From the NCBI GenBank assembly GCA_964016885.1, contig OZ024740.1, positions 9,300,001 through 9,364,000 of the forward strand: DNA of 64,000 bases. Direction: 5' to 3'. How positions within the stretch are numbered: the first letter of the stretch is position 1; each line of letters opens with the position of its first letter. The notes below the pieces were generated by a model. That model saw nothing but the letters and a program-made list of their open reading frames with translations. It was not told where the DNA came from and did not search any database. Source of the stretch: Eledone cirrhosa. Taxonomy: Eukaryota. The translations under genes were made by a program, and so were the position numbers. This document shows, piece by piece, positions 25,701 through 40,458 of the stretch.

Positions 25701-28700
25701 TTCGATTGGTATGTCAGTTTCTATTGGTATATAAGTTTTGATTGGTATGTGAGTTTCTATTGGTATATCAGTTTCTATTGGTATATCAGTTTCTATTGTT
25801 ATATGAGTTCCGATTGGTATATCAGTTTCGATTGGTATATCAGTTTCTATTGGTATATCAGTTCCGATTGGTATATCAGTTTCGATTGGTATGTCAGTTT
25901 CTATTGTTATGTTAGTCCTCGATTTGTATGTCAGTTTCTATTGGTATATCAATTTCGATTGGTATGTCAATTTCTATCGGTATGTCAGTTTCTATTGGTA
26001 AATCAATTTCGATTGGTATGTCAGTTTTGATTTGTATATCAGTTTCGATTCGTATGTCAGTTTCGATTGGTATGTCAGTTTCGATTGGTGTGTCAGTTTC
26101 GATTTGTATGTCAGTTTCAATAGGTATATCAGTTTCGATTCGTATGTCAGTTTCTATTGGTATATCGGTTTCCATTGGTATATCAGTTTCAATTGGTATG
26201 TCATTTTCTATTTGTATATCAGTTTCTATTAGTATGTCAGTTTCTATTGGTAAGTCAGTTTCGATTAGTATATCAGTTTCTATTGGTATGTCAGTTTCGA
26301 TTGGTATGACAGTTTCTATTGTTATATCAGTTTCGATTGGTATATCAGTTTCGATTGGTATATCAGTTTCGATTGGTATGTCAGTTTCTATTGGTATGTC
26401 AGTTTTTATTGGTATGTCAGTTTCAATTGGTATATCAGTTTCGATTGGTATATCAGTTTTGATTAGTATATCAGTTTCGATTGATATGTCAGTTTCTATT
26501 GGTATGTCAGTTTTTATTGGTATGTCAGTTTCAATTGGTATATCAGTTTTGACTGGTATGTCAGTTTTATTGGTATGTCAATTTCGAATGGTATATCAGT
26601 TTCGATTGGTATGTCAGTTTCTATTGGTATATCAGTTTATATTTGTATGTCAGTTTCGATTGGTATGTCAGTTTTTATTGGTATATCAGTTTTGATTCGT
26701 ATGTTAGTTTCTATTGGTATGTCAGTTCCGATTGGTATGTTAGTCCTCGATTCGTATATCAGTTTCTATTGGTATTTCAATTTCGATTGGTATGTCAGTT
26801 TCTATTGGTATGTCAGTTCCTATTGGTATATCAGTTTCGATTGGTATGTCACTTTCGATTAGTATATCAGTTTCTATTGGTATGTCAGTTTCTATTGGTA
26901 TATCAATTTCGATTGGTATATAAGTTTATATTAGTATGTCAGTCTCGATTCTTACGTCAGTTTCGATTGGTATGTCAGTTTCGATTGGTATGTCAGTTTC
27001 TATTAGTATGTCAGTTTCTATTGGTATATCAGTTTCTATTGGTATGTCAGTTTTGATTAGTATGTCAGTTTCTATTGGTATATCAGTTTCGATTGGTATA
27101 TCAGTTTCTATTGGTATATCAGTTCCGATTGGTATATCAGTTTCAATTTGTATGTCAATTTCGATTAGTATATCAGATTCTATTTGTATGTCAGTTATGA
27201 TTGGTATGTCAGTTTCTATTGGTATATCAGTTTCTATTGGTATATCAGTTTCTATTGGTATGTCATTTTCTATTGTTATGTTAGTCCTCGATTTGTATGT
27301 CAGTTTCTATTGGTATATCAATTTCAATTGGTATATCAGTTTCGATTGGTATGTCAGTTTCTATTGGTATGTCAGTTTTTATTGGTATGGCGGTTTCAAT
27401 TGGTATATCAGTTTTTATAGGTATGTCAGTTTTATTGGTATGTCAATTTCGATTGTGATATCAGTTTCGATTGGTATGTCAGTTTCTATTGGTATATCAG
27501 TTTCGATTGGTATATCAGTTTCTATTGGTATATCAGTTTCGATTGGTATGTCAGTTTCGATTACTATATCAGTTTCTATTGGTATGTCAGTTTTGATTTG
27601 TTTGTTAGTTTCTATTGGTATATCAGTTTCGATTGGTATATCAGTTTCTATTGTTATATCAGTTCCGATTGGTATATCAGTTTCGATTGGTATATCAGTT
27701 TCTATTGGTATATCAGTTCCGATTGGTATATCAGTTTCGATTGGTATGTCAGTTTCTATTGGTATGTCAGTTTCGATTAGTATATCAGTTTCTATTGGTA
27801 TGTCAGTTTCGATTAGTATGTCAGTTTCTATTGGTATATAAGTTTTGATTGGTATATCAGTTTTGATTGGTATATCAGTTTTGATTGGTATGACAGTTTC
27901 TATTGGTATGTCAGTTTCTATTGGTATGTCAGTTTCGATTGGTATGTCAGTTTTATTGGTATGTCAATTTCGATTCGTATATCAGTTTCAATTAGTATGT
28001 CAGTTTTATTGGTATGTCAATTTCGATTGGTATATCAGTTTCGATTGGTATGTCAGTTTCTATTGGTATATCAGTTTATATTTGTATGTCTGTTTCGATT
28101 GGTATGTCAGTTTCTATTGGTATATAAGTTTTGATTGGTATGTTAGTTTCTATTGGTATGTCAGGTCCGATTGGTATGTTTGTCCTCGATTTGTATGTCA
28201 GTTTCTATTGGTATATCAATTTCGATTGGTATGTCAGTTTCTATTGGTATGTCAGTTTCTATTGGTATGTCAGTTTCAATTGGTATATCAGTTTAGATTG
28301 GTATGTCCGTTTTATTGGTATGTCAATTTCGATTGGTATATAAGTTTCGATTGGTATGTCAGTTTCTATTGGTATATCAGTTTATATTTGTATGTCAGTT
28401 TCGATTGGTATGTCAGTTTCTATTGGTATATCAGTTTTGATTGGTATGTTAGTTTCTATTGGTATGTCAGTTCCGATTGGTATGTTAGTCCTCGATTCGT
28501 ATGTCAGTTTCTATTGGTATATCAATTTTGATTGGTATGTCAGTTTCTATTGGTATATCAATTTCAATTGGTATGTCAGTTTCAATTGGTATGTCAATTT
28601 CGATTGGTATATAAGTTTCGATTGGTATGTCAGTTTCTATTGGTATGTCAGTTTCTATTGGTATATCAATTTCGATTGGTATATCAGTTTCGATTAGTAT

Positions 28701-31700
28701 GTCAGTTTCGATTCTTATGTCAGTTTCGATTGGTATGTCAGTTTCGATTGGTATGTCAGTTTCTATTAGTACGTCAGTTTCTATTGGTATATCAGTTTTG
28801 ATTGGTTTGTCAGTTTCTATTGGTATATCAGTTTCGATGGTATATCAGTTTCTATTGTTATATCAGTTCCGATTGGTATATCAGTTTCGATTGGTATATC
28901 AGTTTCTATTGGTATATCAGTTCCGATTGGTATATCAGTTTCGATTGGTATGTCAGTTTCTATTGGTATATCAGTTTCGATTGATATATCAGTTTCGATT
29001 AATATGTCAGTTTCTATTGGTATGTCAGTTTCGATTAGTATACCAGTTTCTATTGGTATGTCAGTTTCGATTGGTATGTCAGTTTCTATTGGTATATCAG
29101 TTTCGATTGGTATATCAGTTTCGATTCGTATGACGGTTTCTATTGGTATGTCAGTTTCTATTGGTATGTCAGTTTCGATTGGTATGTCAGTTTTATTGGT
29201 ATGTCAATTTCGATTGGTATATCAGTTTCGATTGGTATGTCAGTTTCTATTCGTATATCAGTTTATATTTGTATGTCTGTTTCGATTGGTATGTCAGTTT
29301 CCATTGGTATATCAGTTTTGATTGGTATGTTAGTTTCTATTGGTATGTCAGGTCCGATTGGAATGTTAGTCCTCGATTCGTATGTCAGTTTCTATTGGTA
29401 TATCAATTTCGATTGGTATGTCAGTTTCTATTGGTCTGTCAATTTCTATTGGTATATCAGTTACGATTGGCATGTCAGTTTCGATTAGTATATCAGTTTC
29501 TATTGGTATGTCAGTTTCTATTGGTATATCAATTTCGATTGGTATATCAGTTTCGATTAGTATGTCAGTTTCGATTGGTATGTCAGTTTTGATTGGTATG
29601 TCAGTTTCGATTTGTATGTCAATTTCGATTGGTATGACAGTTTTTATTGGTATGTCAGTTTCTATTAGTATACCAGTTTCGATTGGTATATCAGTTTCTA
29701 TTGGTATATCAGTTCCGATTGGTATATCAGTTTCGATTTGTATGTCTGTTTCGATTAGTATATCAGTTTCTATTGGTATGTCAGTTATGATTGGTAATTG
29801 AGTTTCTATTGGTATATCAGTTTCTATTGGTATATCAGTTTCTATTGTTACATGAGTTCCGATTGGTATATCAGTTTCGATTGGTATATCAGTTTCTATT
29901 GGTATATCAGTTCCGATTGGTATATCAGTTTCGATTGGTATGTCAGTTTCTATTTGTATATCAGTTTCGATTGATATATCAGTTTCGATTGATATGTCAG
30001 TTTCTATTGGTATGTCAGTTTCGATTAGTATATCAGTTTCTATTGGTATGTCAGTTTCGATTGGTATATCAGTTTCGATTGGTATGACAGTTTCTATTGG
30101 TATATCAGTTTCGATTGGTATATCAGTTTTGATTGGTATATCAGTTTCGATTGGTATGACAGTTTCTATTGGTATGTCAGTTTCTATTAGTATGTCAGTT
30201 TCGATTAGTATGTCAGTTTTATTGGTATGTCAATTTCGATTCGTATATCAGTTTCAATTAGTATGTCAGTTTTATTGGTATGTCAATTTCGATTGGTATG
30301 TCAGTTTCTATTGGTCTGTCAGTTTCTATTGGTATATCAGTTTCGATTGGTATGTCAGTTTCGATTATTATATCAGTTTCTTTTGGTATGTTAGTTTCTA
30401 TTGGTATATCAATTTCGATTGGTATATCAGTTTCGATTAGTATGTCAGTTTCAATTCGTATGTCAGTTTCGATTGGTATGTCAGTTTTGATTGGTATGTC
30501 AGTTTGGATTTGTATGTCAGTTTCTATTGGTATATCAGTTTCGATTGGTATATCAGTTTCTATTGGTATATCAGTTCCGATTGGTATATCAGTTTCTATT
30601 GGTATGTCAGTTATGATTGGTATGTCAGTTTCTATTGGTATATCAGTTTCTATTGGTATATCAGTTTAATTTGGTATGTCAGTTTCTATTGTTATGTTAG
30701 TCCTCGATTTGTATGTCAGTTTCTATTGGTATATCAATTTCGATTGGTATGTCAATTTCTATCGGTATGTCAGTTTCTATTGGTAAATCAATTTCGATTG
30801 GTATGTCAGTTTTGATTTGTATATCAGTTTCGATTCGTATGTCAGTTTCGATTGGTATGTCAGTTTCGATTGGTATGTCAGTTTCGATTTGTATGTCAGT
30901 TTCAATAGGTATATCAGTCTCGATTCGTATGTCAGTTTCTATTGGTATATCGGTTTCCATTGGTATATGAGTTTCAATTGGTATGTCATTTTCTATTTGT
31001 ATATCAGTTTCTATTAGTATGTCAGTTTCTATTGGTAAGTCAGTTTCGATTAGTATATCAGTTTCTATTGGTATGTCAGTGTCGATTGGTATGACAGTTT
31101 CTATTGGTATATTAATTTCGATTGGTATATCAGTTTCGATTGGTATATCAGTTTCGATTCGTATGTCAGTTTCTATTGGTATGTCAGTTTTTATTGGTAT
31201 GTCAGTTTCAATTGGTATATCAGTTTCGATTGGTATATCAGTTTTGATTGGTATATCAGTTTCGATTGGTATGTCAGTTTCTATTGGTATGTCAGTTTTT
31301 ATTGGTATGTCAGTTTCAATTGGTATATCAGTTTTGATTGGTATGTCAGTTTTATTGGTATGTCAATTTCGAATGGTATATCAGTTTCGATTGGTATGTC
31401 AGTTTCTATTGGTATGTCAGTTTATATTTGTATGTCAGTTTTGATTGGTATGTCAGTTTCTATTGGTATATCAGTTTTGATTTGTATGTTAGTTTCTATT
31501 GGTATGTCAGTTTCTATTGGTATATCAGTTTCTATTGGTATGTCAGTTTCTATTGTTATGTTAGTCCTCGATTTGTATGTCAGTTTCTATTGGTATATCA
31601 ATTTCGATTGGTATATCAGTTTCGATTAGTATGTCAGTTTCTATTGGTATGTCAGTTTTTATTGGTATGGCAGTTTCAATTGGTATATCAGTTTTGATTG

Positions 31701-34700
31701 GTATGTCAGATTTATTGGTATGTCAATTTCGATTGTGATATCAGTTTTCATTGGTATGTCAGTTTCTATTGGTATATCAGTTTCGATTGGTATATAAGTT
31801 TCTATTGGTATATCAGTTTCGATTGGTATGTCAGTTTCGATTACTATATCAGTCTCTATTGGTATATCAGTTTTGATTGGTTTGTTAGTTTCTATTGGTA
31901 TATCAGTTTTGATTGGTATATCAGTTTCTATTGTTATATCAGTTCCGATTGGTATATCAGTTTCGATTGGTATATCAGTTTCTATTGGTATATCAGTTCC
32001 GATTGGTATATCAGTTTCGATTGGTATGTCAGTTTCTATTGGTATATCAGTTTCGATTGATATATCAGTATCAATTAATATGTTAGTTTCTATTGGTATG
32101 TCAGTTTCGATTAGTATATCAGTTTCTATTGGTATGTCAGTTTCGATTAGTATGTCAGTTTCTATTGGTATATAAGTTTTGATTGGTATATCAGTTTTGA
32201 TTGGTATATCAGTTTCGATTGGTATGACTGTTTCTATTGGTATGTCAGTTTCTATTGGTATGTCAGTTTCGATTGGTATGTCAGTTTTATTGGTATGTCA
32301 ATTTCGATTCGTATATCAGTTTCAATTAGTATGTCAGTTTTATTGGTATGTCAATTTTGATTGGTATATCAGTTTCGATTGGTATGTCAGTTTCTATTGG
32401 TATATCAGTTTATATTTGTATGTCTGTTTCGATTGGTATGTCAGTTTCTATTGGTATATAAGTTTTGATTGGTATGTTAGTTTCTATTGGTATGTCAGGT
32501 CCGATTGGTATGCTTGTCCTCGATTCGTATGTCAGTTTCTATTGGTATATCAATTTCGATTGGTATGTCAGTTTCTATTGGTATGTCAGTTTCTATTGGT
32601 ATGTCAGTTTCAATTGGTATATCAGTTTAGATTGGTATGTCCGTTTTATTGTTATGTCAATTTCGATTGGTATATAAGTTTCGATTGGTATGTCAGTTTC
32701 TATTGGTATATCAGTTTATATTTGTATGTCAGTTTCGATTGGTATGTCAATTTCTATTGGTATATCAGTTTTGATTGGTATGTTAGTTTCTATTGGTATG
32801 TCAGTTCCGATTGGTATGTTAGTCCTCGATTCGTATGTCAGTTTCTATTGGTATATCAATTTTGATTGGTATGTCAGTTTCTATTGGTATATCAATTTCA
32901 ATTGGTATGTCAGTTTCTATTGGTATGTCAGTTTCTATTGGTATATCAGTTTCGATTGGTATGTCACTTTCGATTAGTATATCAGTTTCTATTGGTATGT
33001 CAGTTTCTATTGGTATATCAATTTCGATTGGTATATCAGTTTCGATTAGTATGTCAGTTTCGATTCTTATGTCAGTTTCGATTGGTATGTCAGTTTCGAT
33101 TGGTATGTCAGTTTCTATTAGTATGTCAGTTTCTATTGGTATATCAGTTTCGATGGTATATCAGTTTCTATTGTTATATCAGTTCCGATTGGTATATCAG
33201 TTTCGATTGGTATATCAGTTTCTATTGGTATATCAGTTCCGATTGGTATATCAGTTTCGATTGGTATGTCAGTTTCTATTGGTATATCAGTTTCGATTGA
33301 TATATCAGTTTCGATTAATATGTCAGTTTCTATTGGTATGTCAGTTTCGATTAGTATACCAGTTTCTATTGGTATGTCAGTTTCGATTGGTATGTCAGTT
33401 TCTATTGGTATATCAGTTTCGATTGGTATATCAGTTTCGATTGGTATGACAGTTTCTATTGGTATGTCACTTTCTATTCTTATGTCAGTTTCGATTGGTA
33501 TGTCAGTTTTATTGGTATGTCAATTTCGATTGGTATATCAGTTTCGATTGGTATGTCAGTTTCTATTCGTATATCAGTTTATATTTGTATGTCTGTTTCG
33601 ATTGGTATGTCAGTTTCTATTGGTATATCAGTTTTGATTGGTATGTTAGTTTCTATTGGTATGTCAGGTCCGATTGGAATGTTAGTCCTCGATTCGTATG
33701 TCAGTTTCTATTGGTATATCAATTTCGATTGGTATGTCAGTTTCTATTGGTCTGTCAGTTTCTATTGGTATATCAGTTACGATTGGTATGTCAGTTTCGA
33801 TTAGTATATCAGTTTCTATTGGTATGTCAGTTTCTATTTGTATATCAATTTCGATTGGTATATCAGTTTCGATTAGTATGTCAGTTTCGATCCGTATGTC
33901 ATTTTCGATTGGTATGTCAGTTTTGATTGGTATGTCAGTTTCGATTTGTATGTCAATTTCGATTGGTATGACAGTTTTTATTGGTATGTCAGTTTCTATT
34001 AGTATATCAGTTTCGATTGGTATATCAGTTTCTATTGGTATATCAGTTCCGATTGGTATATCAGTTTCGATTTGTATGTCTGTTTCGATTAGTATATCAG
34101 TTTCTATTGGTATGTCAGTTATGATTGGTATGTGAGTTTCTATTGGTATATCAGTTTCTATTGGTATATCAGTTTCTATGTTTATATGAGTTCCGATTGG
34201 TATATCAGTTTCGATTGGTATATCAGTTTCTATTGGTATATCATTTCCGATTGGTATATCAGTTTCGATTGGTATGTCAGTTTCTATTGGTATATCATTT
34301 TCGATTGATATATCAGTTTCGATTAATATGTCAGTTTCTATTGGTATGTCAGTTTCGATTGGTATATCAGTTTCGATTGGTATGACAGTTTCTATTGGTA
34401 TATCAGTTTCGATTGGTATATCAGTTTTGATTGGTATATCAGTTTCGATTGGTATGACAGTTTCTATTGGTATGTCAGTTTCTATTGGTATGTCAGTTTC
34501 GATTAGTATGTCAGTTTTATTGGTATGTCAATTTCGATTCGTATATCAGTTTCAATTAGTATGTCAGTTTTATTGGTATGTCAATTTCGATTGGTATGTC
34601 AGTTTCTATTGGTCTGTCAGTTTCTATTGGTATATCAGTTTCGATTGGTATGTCAGTTTCGATTATTATATCAGTTTCTTTTGGTATGTTAGTTTCTGTT

Positions 34701-37700
34701 GGTATATCAATTTCGATTGGTATATCAGTTTCGATTAGTATGTCAGTTTCAATTCGTATGTCGGTTTCGATTGGTATGTCAGTTTTGATTGGTATGTCAG
34801 TTTGGATTTGTATGTCAATTTCTATTGGTATATCAGTTTCGATTGGTATATCAGTTTCTATTGGTATATCAGTTCCGATTGGTATATCAGTTTCGATTTG
34901 TATGTCAGTTTCGATTAGTATATCAGTTTCTATTGGTATGTCAGTTATGATTGGTATGTCAGTTTCTATTGGTATATCAGTTTCTATTGGTATATCAGTT
35001 TCATTTGGTATGTCAGTTTCTATTGTTATGTTAGTCCTCGATTTGTATGTCAGTTTCTATTGGTATATCAATTTCGATTGGTATGTCAATTTCTATCGGT
35101 ATGTCAGTTTCTATTGGTAAATCAATTTCGATTGGTATGTCAGTTTTGATTTGTATATAAGTTTCGATTCGTATGTCAGTTTCGATTGGTATGTCAGTTT
35201 CGATTGGTATGTCAGTTTCGATTTGTATGTCAGTTTCAATAGGTATATCAGTTTCGATTCGTATGTCAGTTTCTATTGGTATATCGGTTTCCATTGGTAT
35301 ATCAGTTTCAATTGGTATGTCATTTTCTATTTGTATATCAGTTTCTATTTGTATGTCAGTTTCTATTGGTAAGTCAGTTTCGATTAGTATATCAGTTTCT
35401 ATTGGTATGTCAGTTTCGATTGTTATGACAGTTTCTATTGGTATATCAGTTTCGATTGGTATATCAGTTTCGATTGGTATATCAGTTTCGATTTCTATGT
35501 CAGTTTCTATTGGTATGTCAGTTTCAATTGGTATATCAGTTTCGATTGGTATATCAGTTTTGATTGGTATATCAGTTTCGATTGGTATGTCAGTTTCTAT
35601 TGGTATGTCAGTTTTTATTGGTATGTCAGTTTCAATTGGTATATCAGTTTTGATTGGTATGTCAGTTTTATTGGTATGTCACTTTCGAATGGTATATCAG
35701 TTTCGATTGGTATGTCAGTTTCTATTGGTATATCAGTTTATATTTGTATGTCAGTTTCGATTGGTATGTCAGTTTCTATTGGTATATCAGTTTTGATTCG
35801 TATGTTAGTTTCTATTGGTATGTCAGTTCCGATTGGTATGTTAGTCCTCGATTCGTATGTCAGTTTCTATTGGTATTTCAATTTCGATTGGTATGTCAGT
35901 TTCTATTGGTATGTCAGTTCCTATTGGTATATCAGTTTCGATTGGTATGTCACTTTCGATTAGTATATCAGTTTCTATTGGTATGTCAGTTTCTATTGGT
36001 ATATCAATTTCGATTGGTATATCAGTTTCTATTGGTATGTCAGTTTTGATTAGTATGTCAGGTTCGATTCTTATGTCAGTTTCGATTGGTATGTCAGTTT
36101 CGATTGGTATGTCAGTTTCTATTAGTATGTCAGTTTCTATTGGTATATCAGTTTCTATTGGTATGTCAGTTTTGATTAGTATGTCAGTTTCTTTTGGTAT
36201 ATCAGTTTCGATTGGTATATCAGTTTCTATTGGTATATCAGTTCCGATTGGTATATCAGTTTCGATTTGTATGTCAATTTCGATTAGTATATCAGTTTCT
36301 ATTGGTATGTCAGTTATGATTGGTATGTCAGTTTCTATTGGTATATCAGTTTCTATTGGTATATCAGTTTCTATTGGTATGTCAGTTTCTATTGTTATCT
36401 TAGTCCTCGATTTGTATGTCAGTTTCTATTGGTATATCAATTTTGATTGGTATATCAGTTTCGATTGGTATGTCAGTTACTATTGGTATGTCAGTTTTTA
36501 TTGGTATGGCGGTTTCAATTGGTTTATCAGTATTGATTGGTATGTCAGTTTTATTGGTATGTCAGTTTCTATTGGTATATCAATTTTGATTTGTATGTCA
36601 GTTTCTATTGGTATATCAATTTCAATTGGTATGTCAGTTTCTATTGGTATGTCAGTTTCTATTGGTATATCAGTTTCGATTGGTATGTCACTTTCGATTA
36701 GTATATCAGTTTCTATTGGTATGTCAGTTTCTATTGGTATATCAGTTTCGATTAGTATGTCAGTTTCGATTCTTATGTCAGTTTCGATTGGTATGTCAGT
36801 TTCGATTGGTATGTCAGTTTCTATTAGTACGTCAGTTTCTATTGGTATATCAGTTTCTATTGGTGTGTCAGTTTTGATTGGTATGTCAGTTTCTATTGGT
36901 ATATCAGTTTCGATTGGTATATCAGTTTCTATTTGTATGTCAGTTATGATTGGTATGTCAGTTTCTATTGGTATATCAGTTTCTATTGGTATATCAGTTT
37001 CTATTGGTATGTCAGATTCTATTGTTATGTTAGTCCTCGATTTGTATGTCAGTTTCTATTGGTATATCAATTTCGATTGGTATATCAGTTTCGATTGGTA
37101 TGTCAGTTTCTATTGGGATGTCAGTTTTTATTGGTATGGCGGTTTCAATTGGTTTATCAGTTTTCATTGGTATGTCAGTTTTATTGGTATGTCAGTTTCT
37201 ATTGGTATATCAGTTTATATTTGTATGTCAGTTTCGATTGGTATGTCAGTTTCGATTGGTATGTCAGTTTCTATTAGTACGTCAGTTTCTATTGGTATAT
37301 CAGTTTCTATTGGTGTGTCAGTTTTGATTGGTATGTCAGTTTCTATTGGTATATCAGTTTCGATTGGTATATCAGTTTCTATTGGTATATCAGTTCCGAT
37401 TGGTATATCAGTTTCGATTGGTATGTCAGTTTCGATTACTATATCAGTTTCTATTCGTATGTCAATTTTGATTGGTTTGTCAGTTTCTATTGGTATATCA
37501 GTTTCGATGGTATATCAGTTTCTATTGTTATATCAGTTCCGATTGGTATATCAGTTTCGATTGGTATATCAGTTTCTATTGGTATATCAGTTCCGATTGG
37601 TATATCAGTTTCGATTGGTATGTCAGTTTCTATTGGTATATCAGTTTCGATTGATATATCAGTTTCGATTAATATGTCAGTTACTATTGGTATGTCAGTT

Positions 37701-40458
37701 TCGATTAGTATACCAGTTTCTATTGGTATGTCAGTTTCGATTGGTATGTCAGTTTCTATTGGTATATCAGTTTATATTTGTATGTCAGTTTCGATTAGTA
37801 TGTCAGTTTCTATTGGTATATCAGTTTTGATTCGTATGTTAGTTTCTATTGGTATGTCAGTTCCGATTGGTATGTTAGTCCTCGATTCGTATGTCAGTGT
37901 CTATTGGTATATCAATTTCGATTGGTATGACAGTTTCTATTGGTATGTCAGTTCCTATTGGTATATCAGTTTCGATTTGTATGTCACTTTCGATTAGTAT
38001 ATCATTTTCTATTGGTATGTCAGTTTCTATTGGTATATCAATTTCGATTGGTATATCAGTTTCGATTAATATGTCAGTTTCGATTCTTATGTCAGTTTCG
38101 ATTGGTATGTCAGTTTCGATTGGTATGTCAGTTTCTATTAGTATGTCAGTTTCTATTGGTATATCAGTTTCTATTGGTATGTCAGTTTTGATTAGTATGT
38201 CAGTTTCTATTGGTATATCAGTTTCGATTGGTATATCAGTTTCTATTGGTATATCAGTTCCGATTGGTATATCAGTTTCGATTGGTATGTCAGTTTCGAT
38301 TACTATATCAGTTTCTATTGGTATGTCAGTTTTGATTGGTTTGTTAGTTTCTATTGGTATATCAGTTTCGATTGGTATATCAGTTTCTATTGTTATATCA
38401 GTTCCGATTGGTATATCAGTTTCGATTGGTATATCAGTTTCTATTGGAATATCAGTTCCGATTGGTATATCAGTTTCGATTGGTATGTCAGTTTCTATTG
38501 GTATATCAGTTTCGATCGATATATCAGTTTCAATTAATATGTCAGTTTCTATTGGTATGTCAGTTTCGATTAGTATATCAGTTTCTATTGGTATGTCAGT
38601 TTCGATTAGTATGTCAGTTTCTATTGGTATATAAGTTTCGATTGGTATATCAGTTTCTATTGGTATATCAGTTTATATTTGTATGTCTGTTTCGATTGGT
38701 ATGTCAGTTTCTATTGGTATATAAGTTTTGATTGGTATGTTAGTTTCTATTGATATGTCAGTTTCTATTGGTATATCAGTTTCGATTGGTATGTCAGTTT
38801 GGATTAGTATATCAGTTTCTATTGGTATGTCAGTTTCTATTGGTATATCAATTTCGATTGGTATGTCAGTTTCTATTGGTCTGTCAGTTTCTATTGGTAT
38901 ATCAGTTTCGATTGGTATGTCAGTTTTGATTAGTATATCAGTTTCTATTGGTATGTCAGTTTCTATTGGTATATTAATTTCGATTGGTATATCAGTTTCG
39001 ATTGGTATATCAGTTTCGATTAGTATGTCAGTTTCTATTGGTATATCAGTTTCAATTGGTATGTCATTTTCTATTTGTATATCAGTTTCTATTGGTATGT
39101 CAGTTTCTATTGGTATGTCAGTTTCGATTAGTATATCAGTTTCTATTGGTATGTCAGTTTCGATTGGTATGTCAGTTTCCATGGTATATCAGTTTCGATT
39201 GGTATATCAGTTTCGATTGGTATGTCAGTTTCTATTGGTATGTCAGTTTTTATTGTTATGTCAGTTTCAATTGTTATATCAGTTTCGATTGGTATATCAG
39301 TTTCGATTGGTATATCAGTTTCGATTGGTATGTCAGTTTCTATTGGTATGTCAGTTTTTATTGGTATGTCAGTTTCAATTGGAATATCAGTTTTGATTAG
39401 TATGTCAGTTTTATTGGTATGTCAATTTCGATTGGTATATCAGTTTCGATTGGTATGTCAGTTTCTATTAGTATGTCAGTTTCTATTGGTATATCAGTTC
39501 CGATTGGTATGTTAGTCCTCGATTCGTATGTCAGTTTCTATTGGTATATCAATTTCGATTGGTATGTCAGTTTCTATTGGTATGTCAGTTCCTATTGGTA
39601 TATCAGTTTCGATTGGTATGTCACTTTCGATTAGTATATCAGTTTCTATTGGTATGTCAGTTTCTATTGGTATATCAATTTCCATTGGTATATCAGTTTC
39701 GATTAATATGTCAGTTTCGATTCTTATGTCAGTTTCGATTGGTATGTCAGTTTCGATTGGTATGTCAGTTTCTATTAGTATGTCAGTTTCTATTGGTATA
39801 TCAGTTTCTATTGGTATGTCAGTTTTGATTAGTATGTCAGTTTCTATTGGTATATCAGTTTCGATTGGTATATCAGTTTCTATTGGTATATCAGTTCCGA
39901 TTGGTATATCAGTTTCGATTGGTATGTCAGTTTTATTGGTATGTCAATTTCGATTCGTATATCAGTTTCAATTAGTATGTCAGTTTTATTAGTATGTCAA
40001 TTTCGATTGGTATATCAGTTTCGATTGGTATGTCAGTTTCTATTGGTATATCAGTTTCGATTAGTATGTCAGTTTCTATTGGTATGTCATTTTCTATTTG
40101 TATATCAGTTTCGATTGGTATATCAGTTTCGATTGGTATGTCAGTTTTTATTGGTATGTCAGTTTCAATTGGTATATCAGTTTCGTTTGGTATATCAGTT
40201 TCGATTGGTATATCAGTTTCGATTGCTATGTCAGTTTCTATTGGTATGTCAGTTTTTATTGGTATGTCTGTTTCAATTGGTATATCAGTTTTGATTGGTA
40301 TGTCAGTTTCTATTTGTATGTCAGTTTCGATTGGTATGTCAGTTTCTATTGGTATATCAGTTTTGATTGGTATGTCACTTTCGATTAGTATATCAGTTTC
40401 TATTGGTATGTCAGTTTCTATTGGTATATCAATTTCGATTTGTATATCAGTTTCGATT
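19758..40458. repeat. 18-bp satellite array, segment 3 (domain A)
   Basis: Same monomer and variant set. Contains multi-kb paralogous blocks (e.g. 22941-25450 vs 35857-38630). Confidence 0.99.
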
